Assembly: GCA_038087875.1 (NCBI GenBank)
Contig: CM075993.1
Coordinates: 2,792,001-2,856,000, forward strand
Direction: 5' to 3'
Source: Malacoraja senta
Taxonomy: Eukaryota
Length of the DNA: 64,000 nt
Every line of letters begins with the position of its first letter. Positions within the stretch are counted from its first letter, which is position 1. Both the position numbers and the translations under genes were made by a program. This document shows, in pieces, positions 62,513 to 64,000 of this stretch. The notes beneath the pieces are model-generated. The model did no database searches. It was not told the origin of the DNA and saw only the letters and a list, made by a program, of their open reading frames with translations.

Positions 62513-62842
62513 AACCCCTGTCCCACGGTACGAGTTCATTCCAAGAGCTCTCCCGAGTTTGCCCCGATTCGAACTGGGAGATTTACGGTAATGGCCGCTC
62601 GTCGGTACTCGGGGCTCTCGTGGACATTTTTCAACGTGTTGAAAAATCTTCACGAGTCTTCCCGTGCTTACCTGCCGTTAGCGAGTCTTCCCGAGTACCT
62701 GCCGTCAGCGTTACGAGCCGCTAAGAGACATCCCCGAGCTCCGACGTACCCGCTACGTTCATTCTCCGTGCTTACCACGAGTTCGATTTTTTTTAAACTC
62801 GGGAGAGCTCTTGGAATGAACTCGTACAGTGGGACAGGGCTA
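62513..62842. mobile_element. PIF/Harbinger-type MITE (330 bp)
   Basis: ~48-bp TIRs AACCCCTGTCCCACGGTACGAGTTCATTCCAAGAGCTCTCCCGAGTTT; TSD TTA at 62510-62512 and 62843-62845, inside a SINE (TTTAG)n tail. Confidence 0.8.
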
Positions 62843-62969
62843 TTAGTTTAGTGAAACGGCGCGGAAACACCAAGACTGCACCGACCAGCGATCCCAGCAT
62901 ATTAACACTGTCCTCCACACACTAGGGACAATTTTATATTTACACCATGCCAATTAAACTACAAACCTA

Positions 62970-63502
62970 CACAAGGAAATGGCAGACGAGTTGAACAGGT
63001 ACGTTGGATCCATCTTCACTAAGGAGGACACAAACAATCTTCCTGATGTACTAGTGGCCAGAATATCTGGGGTGACGGAGGAACTGAAGGAAATCCACAT
63101 TAGGGAGGAAATGGTGTTGGGTAGACTGATGGGATTGAAGGCTCTTAAATCCTCAGGGCCTGATGGTTTGCATCCCAGGGTACTTAAGGAAGTGGCTCTA
63201 GAAATTGTGGATGCATAGGTGATCATTTTCCAATGTTCTATAGATTCAGGATCAGTTCCTGTGGATTAGAGGGCAGCTAATGCTATCTCACTTTTTAAGA
63301 AAGGCGGGAGAGAGAAAACAGGGAATTATAGACCAGTTAGCCTGACATCGGTGGTGGGGAAGATGCTGGAGTCAATCATAAAAGATGAAATAGCGACACG
63401 TTTGGATAGCAGTAACAGGATCGGTCCGAGTCAGCATGGATTTACGAAGGGGAAATCATGCTCGACTAATCTTCTGGAATTTTTTGAGGATGTAACTAGG
63501 AA
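62970..63502 (+). pseudogene. CR1 ORF2 internal fragment (start of the reverse transcriptase domain) with in-frame stops
   Basis: KSSGPDGLHPRVLKE...NYRPVSLTSVVGKMLESII...[22 protein letters not shown] at 63216-63218. Confidence 0.9.
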
Positions 63503-64000
63503 ACACACACACGCACACACACACGCACATGCACGCACACACACGCACGCACACACATGCACGCACACACGCACACACACGCACACACGCACACACACAC
63601 ACGCACACACACGCACACACACGCACGCACACACATGCACGCACACACGCACACACACGCACACACACACATGCACACACACACACACACACACGCACAC
63701 ACGCACACGCACACACGCACACACACACGCGCACACACACACACACACACGCGCACACACGCACACACATGCACGCACACACGCACACACACGCATGCAC
63801 ACACGCACACACACACATGCACACACGCACACACACACGCACACACACACACACACGCACACACATGCACGCACACACGCACACACACACATGCACACAC
63901 GCACACACACACATGCACACACGCACACACACACGCACACACACACACACACACGCACACATATGCACGCACACACGCACACACACGCATGCACACACAC
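63503..64000. repeat. Imperfect (CA)n/(CACG)n microsatellite
   Basis: CA runs with CG and TG interruptions to the end of the window. Confidence 0.97.

Overview
This is eukaryotic, repeat-dense, non-coding DNA with no recognisable host protein-coding gene. The repeat families point to a cartilaginous fish, most likely a skate or ray (inference): tRNA-headed HE1/V-SINE-like SINEs, their CR1-clade (HER1-like) partner LINEs, and very abundant Penelope-like element (PLE) 3' ends. Also present are Tx1, Rex1/Babar, L2 and RTE fragments, several non-autonomous DNA transposons, long (GT)n/(CA)n microsatellites and two 200-N scaffold gaps. The DNA transposons include PIF/Harbinger-type MITEs with 3-bp TNA TSDs, a P- or hAT-like element with an 8-bp TSD, and hAT-like ends. 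An ~8.4-kb tandem duplication straddles the first gap and is probably two alleles (false duplication). The most interesting signal is the PLE terminal repeat, which carries a minimal hammerhead ribozyme motif (CTGAAGA-A-GGGT-NNCG-ACCC-GAAAC-GTC/GTT). Short, ORF-less, often fold-back or tandemly amplified derivatives of it insert with 13-19 bp TSDs and appear to carry captured flanking DNA or other retroelements, like a retrozyme or transduction system. Almost all ORFs in the supplied track are repeat or microsatellite artefacts. Family names are from sequence recall, not database searches, and boundaries without a TSD are approximate.
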